Source: the human T2T-CHM13v2.0 reference genome, Homo sapiens
Reading direction: 5' to 3' (one strand)
Length of the DNA: 64,000 bases
NCBI RefSeq assembly: GCF_009914755.1
Contig: NC_060940.1
The position numbers and the translations under genes were made by a program. Shown here one piece after another: positions 58,901 through 64,000 of the stretch (the stretch's first letter is position 1; each line of letters starts with the position of its first letter). The notes below the pieces were generated by a model. It was not told the origin of the DNA, did no database searches, and saw nothing but the letters and a program-made list of their open reading frames with translations.

Positions 58901-59014
58901 TTCCATTCGATTTCTTTCGATGATTCCACTCGATTCCACTTGACATTGATTCCATTCGATTCCATTCAATGATTCCATTTGATTCCAGTGGATGATGATT
59001 GCCATCGATTCCAT
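52903..59014 (+). repeat. 6,112-bp higher-order unit, full copy
   Basis: Offsets 52654->58766, 52936->59048 and 53377->59489 are 6,112, and the landmark ORFs are near-identical. Confidence 0.95.
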
Positions 59015-62000
59015 TCGATCACTCCATTCTATTCCATTTGATGATGATTACATTCGATTCCATTTGATGATTCCATCTGATTCTATTCGAGGATTCCATT
59101 TGATTCCATTCGATGATGATTCCATTCGAGTCCATTCGATGATTTCATTCGAGTACATCCAATGATTCCATTCGAGTCCATTAGATGATTCCATTTGATT
59201 CCATTTGAAAATGTTTCTACTAGAGTCCATTCAATGACTCCATTCGAGTCCATTCAACAATTCCATTCGACTCCATTCGATGATTCCATTCGATTCTATT
59301 TGATGGTTCCATTCGAGTCCATTTAATCATTACAGTCGAGTCCATTTGGTGATTCCACTGGATTTCTTTTGATAATGATACCATTCAATTACATTTGATG
59401 ATGATCCCATTCAATTTCATTTGATGATGATTCCATTAGAGTCCATTCGATGATTTCATTCGAGTCCCTTCATTGATTCCATCCAATTTCATTGGATGAT
59501 GACTCCATTCGAGTCCATTCGATGATTCCACTCGATTCCATTAGATGACTCCATTGGAGTCCATTTGATTGTTCCATTCGATTCCATTCGATTCCTTTCG
59601 AAGATTATTCCATTTGAGTCCATTCGATGATGATTCCATTCCATTCCATTCGATGATTCCGTTTGATTCCATTCGATGATTCCCTTCGATTCCTTTCTTT
59701 GATGATTCCATTCCATTCCATTCAATGATTCCATTCGAATCTATTCCATGATGATTCCTTTCGATTCCATTCGCTGATGTTTCCGTTCAATTCCATTCGA
59801 TGATGATTCCATTCGATTCCATTCATTGAGGATTCCATTTGATTCCATTCAATGATGATTCCATTCTATTCCATTCAATGATTGCATTCAATTCCATTCA
59901 ATGATTATCCCATTAGAGTAAACTCAACGATTCCATTCAATACCATTCGATGATGATTCCTTTTGAGTCCATTCAATGATTTCATTCAAGTCCATTTGAT
60001 GATTCCTTTCAATTCCATTCTATGATGATTCCATTCGAGTCCATTCGATGATTCCATTCGATTGCATTCGATGATTCCATTATATTCCATTCAACGATGA
60101 TTCCATTCGAGTCCATTCGATGATTCCATTAGAGTACATTTAATGATTGCTTTGTTTTCAATTCGAAGATGATTACATTGGATTCCATTCTATGATACCA
60201 TTCGATTCCATTCAATGATGATTCCACTCAAATCCATTGGATGATTCCATTCGTGTCCATTCGATGATTCCATTCGAGTCCATTTAATGATTCCATTGGG
60301 TTCAATTCAATGATGATTACATTGGATTCCGTTCTATGATTCCATTCAATTCCGTTCATTGACAATTTGATTCCATTCGATGATGATTCCATTTGAGTTC
60401 ATTCGATGATTCTATTCGATTCTCTTCGATGGTGATTCAATTCTATTATATTGGATGATTCCATTCGATTCCATTTGATGTTGATTCAATTCGATTCTAT
60501 TCGATGATGATTCCATTGGATTTCACTTGATGATTCTATTCGATTCCATTCAATGATGATTCACTTCTCGTCCATTGGATGATTCCATTTCATTCCATTC
60601 GATGATGATTCCATTCGATTCCATTCGATGATTCCATTTGATTCCATGCGACGGTGAGCAATTCGATTCAATTCCATGATGATTCTATTTGATTCAATTA
60701 GATGATGTTTCCATTCGAATCCATTCCATGATTATTCCATTGGAATCCATTCGGCGATGATTCCATATGAGTCAATTCAATGATGATTCCATATGGGTCC
60801 GTTCGATGATAATTCCATTTGATTTCATTCGATGCTTCTATTCTATTCCAGTCGATGATGATTCCGTTGGAGTCCATACGATGATTCCATTTGATTTCAT
60901 TTGATGATGATTCCATTCGATGATGATTACATTGGATTCCATTCTATGATTCCATTCAATTCCATTCGTTGATGATTCGATTCCATTCAATGATGATTCC
61001 ATTTGAGTTCATTCGATGATTCTATTCGATTCCGTTCGATGGTGATTCAATTCTATTATATTGGATGATTCCACTCGATTCCATTTGATGATTATTCCAT
61101 TGGAGTCCACTTAGTGAATCCTTTAGATTCTACTCGACGATGATTCCATTCGAGTCCATTCGATGATACCATTCAATTCCATTCGTTGATGCTTCCATTC
61201 AAGTGCATTCGATGATATCATTCGATTCCATTTGATGATAATTCCATTTGATTCCATGCGATGATTCTATTCGATTCCATTCAATGATAATTCCATTCAA
61301 TTCAGTGATTCCTCTGGACTCCATTTGATGATGATTCCATTCAATGATTCCATTCGATTCTATTCGAAAATGATTCCATTTGAATCCATTTGATGATGAT
61401 TCCATTAGATTCCATTTGATGATTCCATTCGATTCCATTCGACGATGATTCCATTCGATTCCGTTTGATGATTCCATTCTATTCTATTCGATGATGATTC
61501 CATTCGATTCCATTCGATGATGATTGGATTCGATTCCATTGGATGATTTCATTTGATTCCATTCGTTAATGATTTCGATCAATTCCATTCGATGATTCCA
61601 TTCGATTCCATTCGATAATGATTACATCCGAGTCCATTCGATGATTCCCTTTGAGCCTGTTCGATAATTCCATTTGAGTCCAACCAATGATTCCATTCAT
61701 TTCCATTCAATGATTCCATTCGAGTCCATTTGATCATTCCGGTAGGGTCCATTCGATGTTGATTCCATTGGAGTGCATTCGATGATTCCATTCGAGTCCA
61801 TTTTAGGATTTGATTCGAGTCCTTTCGATGATTCCATTCGATTCCACTCGATGATGATTTCATTCGAGTCCATTCGACACTTCCAATCGATTCCATTTGA
61901 TGATTCCATTCGAGTCCAATTGATGATTCCATTCAATTCCATTCGATGATGATTCCGTACGATTCCATTCTGTGATGATTCCATGTGATTGCATTCAATG

Positions 62001-64000
62001 ATGATTCCTTTCGATTGCATTCGATTATGATTCATTTCGTGTTCATTCTATGGTTCCACAGGTTTCCATTCGTGTCCATTCCATTATTCCATTCTATTCC
62101 ATTTGATGATGATTCCGTTCGATTCCATTCATTGGTGATTCCACTCAATTCCATTCAATGATTCCATTCCATTTCTTTCAACAATGATTCCATTAGTTTC
62201 TAATCGATGATCCACTTGATTCCATTTGACGACGATTCCATTCTTGTCCATTCGATGATTCCATTTGATTCCATATGATGATGATTCCATTCGATTCCAT
62301 ACCATGATGATTCCATTCGAGTCCATTCAATGGTGATTCCATTCAATTCCATTCGATGATTCCTTTTGATTCCATTCGATGATGATGGCATTCGATTCCT
62401 TTCAATCATTCCCTTTGATTCCATTCAAAGGTGATTTCATTCAAGTCCATTCGATAATTGCATTCGATTCCATTCTATGATGATTCCATTCGAGTCCATT
62501 TGATGATTCCATTCAATTCAAGTCAATGATGATTCCATTCGATTCCATTCGATGATTCCATTGGATTCCATTCGATGGTGATTCCATTCAAATCCATTCG
62601 ATAATTCAATTCAAGTCCATTCGATGACGATTCCAATCGAATCCATTCAAAGATTCCATTCAGTTCCATTCGATGATTCCCTTAGATTCCATTCGATGAT
62701 TCCACTTGATTGCATTTACGATGATTCCATTCGATTCCATGTGATGATTCCATTCAATTCTATTCAATGATGTCTCCATTTGATTCCATTCGACCATGAT
62801 TGCCTTTGATTCCATTCAATGATTCCATTCGGTTCCGTTTGATGATGATTCCGTTCGATTCCATTTGATGATTCCATTTGATTCCATTGGATGAGTCCAT
62901 TCGATTACATTCGATGATTATTCCATTCGAGTGCATTAGATGATTCCATTCGAGTCCATTCGATGATTCCATTCGATTCCATTCGATGTTGATTCTGTTC
63001 AAATCCATTCGATGATTCCACTCGATTCCATTCGTTGACTCCATTTGATCCCATTCGATGATTTCCTTTGATTCCCTTTGATGATCATTCCATTTGATTC
63101 AATTCGGTGATTTCATTTGATTCCATTCAGTGATGTTTCCATTCGACTCCATTCGATGATGATTCCATTCGACTCCATTCGATTATGATTTCATTCAATT
63201 CCATTCGATAATGATTCCCTTCGAGTCCATTCGATGATTCCATTCGATTCCATTCAACGATGATTTGATTCGTGTCCATTCGATGATTCCATTTGATTCC
63301 ACTTGATGATGATTCCATTCGAGTCCATTTGATGATTCCATTCAATTCCATACTCCGATGATTTCTTTTGAGCCCACTCAATGCTTCCACTCGATTCCAT
63401 ATGATGATGACTCCATTCGATGAAATTCGATGATGATTCCATTCGCTTGCTTTCGATGATGATTCCACTTGAGTCCGTTAGAAGATTCTATTCAATTACA
63501 TTCCAGGACGATTCCGTTCGAGTCCATTTGATGATTCCATTAGACTCCATTCGACGATGATTCCATTCGATGTTATTCGATGATTCCATTCGATCTCATT
63601 CGATGATGATTCCATTCAACTCCATTCGATGTTTCCATTCGAGTTCATTCTATTATTCCATTAGATTCCATTCGATGATGATTCCATTCGATTCCATTTG
63701 ATGATTGCATTCTATTTCATTTGATGATGATTCCATTCGAGTCCACTCGATGATTCCATTCGAGTCCATTTAATGAACCCATTGGTTTCAATTCTATGAT
63801 GATTACATTGGATTCCATTCGTTGATGATTTCATTCGGTTCCATTCAATGATGATTCCATTCAATTCCTTTCAATGTTTCCATTCAATTCCATACGATGA
63901 TGATTCCATTTGATTTGATTCGACAGTGAGCCATTCGATTCAATTCCATGATGATTCTATTTGATTCAATTGGTTGACATTTCCATTCGATTCCATTCGA
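59015..64000 (+). repeat. 6,112-type unit carrying a 196-bp deletion (5,916-bp variant), runs off the window
   Basis: After ~60,260 the offsets fall to 5,916 (54782->60698, 55283->61199, 57211->63127). Confidence 0.92.

Larger units (their letters stand above)
1..64000 (+). repeat. Human satellite II (HSat2/HSATII) pericentromeric tandem array, CATTC strand on +
   Basis: Continuous ATTCCATTCG / GAGTCCATTCG / ATG-ATG motifs forming 23- and 26-bp monomers. CATTCGATTC and TCGA are abundant, which marks HSat2 rather than pure (CATTC)n HSat3. No non-satellite sequence and no strand switch seen. Confidence 0.98.

Noticed and set aside
358-63468. About 170 minus-strand ORFs (MESSSNGIEWNHRM-like peptides, 60-193 aa)
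   Set aside because: These are direct translations of the GAATG/GAATC repeat, which is ATG-rich and stop-poor on that strand. They overlap in several frames and have no domain content. I used them only as positional landmarks.
1-64000. CRISPR-like array (23-26-bp recurring units)
   Set aside because: There are no unique spacers between invariant repeats, no leader and no cas genes. The monomers are contiguous and degenerate.
1-64000. HSat3, alpha satellite or telomeric repeat assignment
   Set aside because: Long pure (CATTC)n runs, 171-bp monomers and TTAGGG arrays are absent. The CATTCGATTC plus ATGATG pattern is HSat2.
1-64000. Embedded transposon (Alu/L1) or an inversion
   Set aside because: By eye I saw no poly(A) tail, no GC-rich insert and no switch to GAATG on the + strand. 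Very short inserts could have been missed.

Overview
The whole 64-kb window is one uninterrupted, single-orientation satellite array. It is built from diverged CATTC pentamers organised as alternating ~23- and ~26-bp monomers (ATTCCATTCG-A[G/T]TCCATTCG-ATG[ATG]), i.e. human/great-ape satellite II (HSat2). I found no genes, RNA genes, transposons or inversions, and every listed ORF is a translation artefact of the GAATG strand. The interesting content is the higher-order architecture, which I derived from offsets between recurring ORF landmarks and by reading junctions by eye. From left to right the window holds: a diverged 12,659-bp unit (~50-12,708); a rearranged middle zone (3.6-kb, 4.1-kb, 2,255-bp x3 and ~20-kb duplications, a template-switch patch, recombinant mosaics); and a homogeneous 6,112-bp tandem unit (from ~46.6 kb), a period consistent with the ~6.1-kb HSat2B array of human chr16q11.2 (recalled, not verified). 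The main finding is that the 6,112-bp unit can be derived exactly from the 12,659-bp unit by four microhomology-bounded deletions (762, 2,013, 105 and 3,662 bp) plus three small indels. The window therefore appears to preserve the longer relative and intermediates of the dominant repeat unit.
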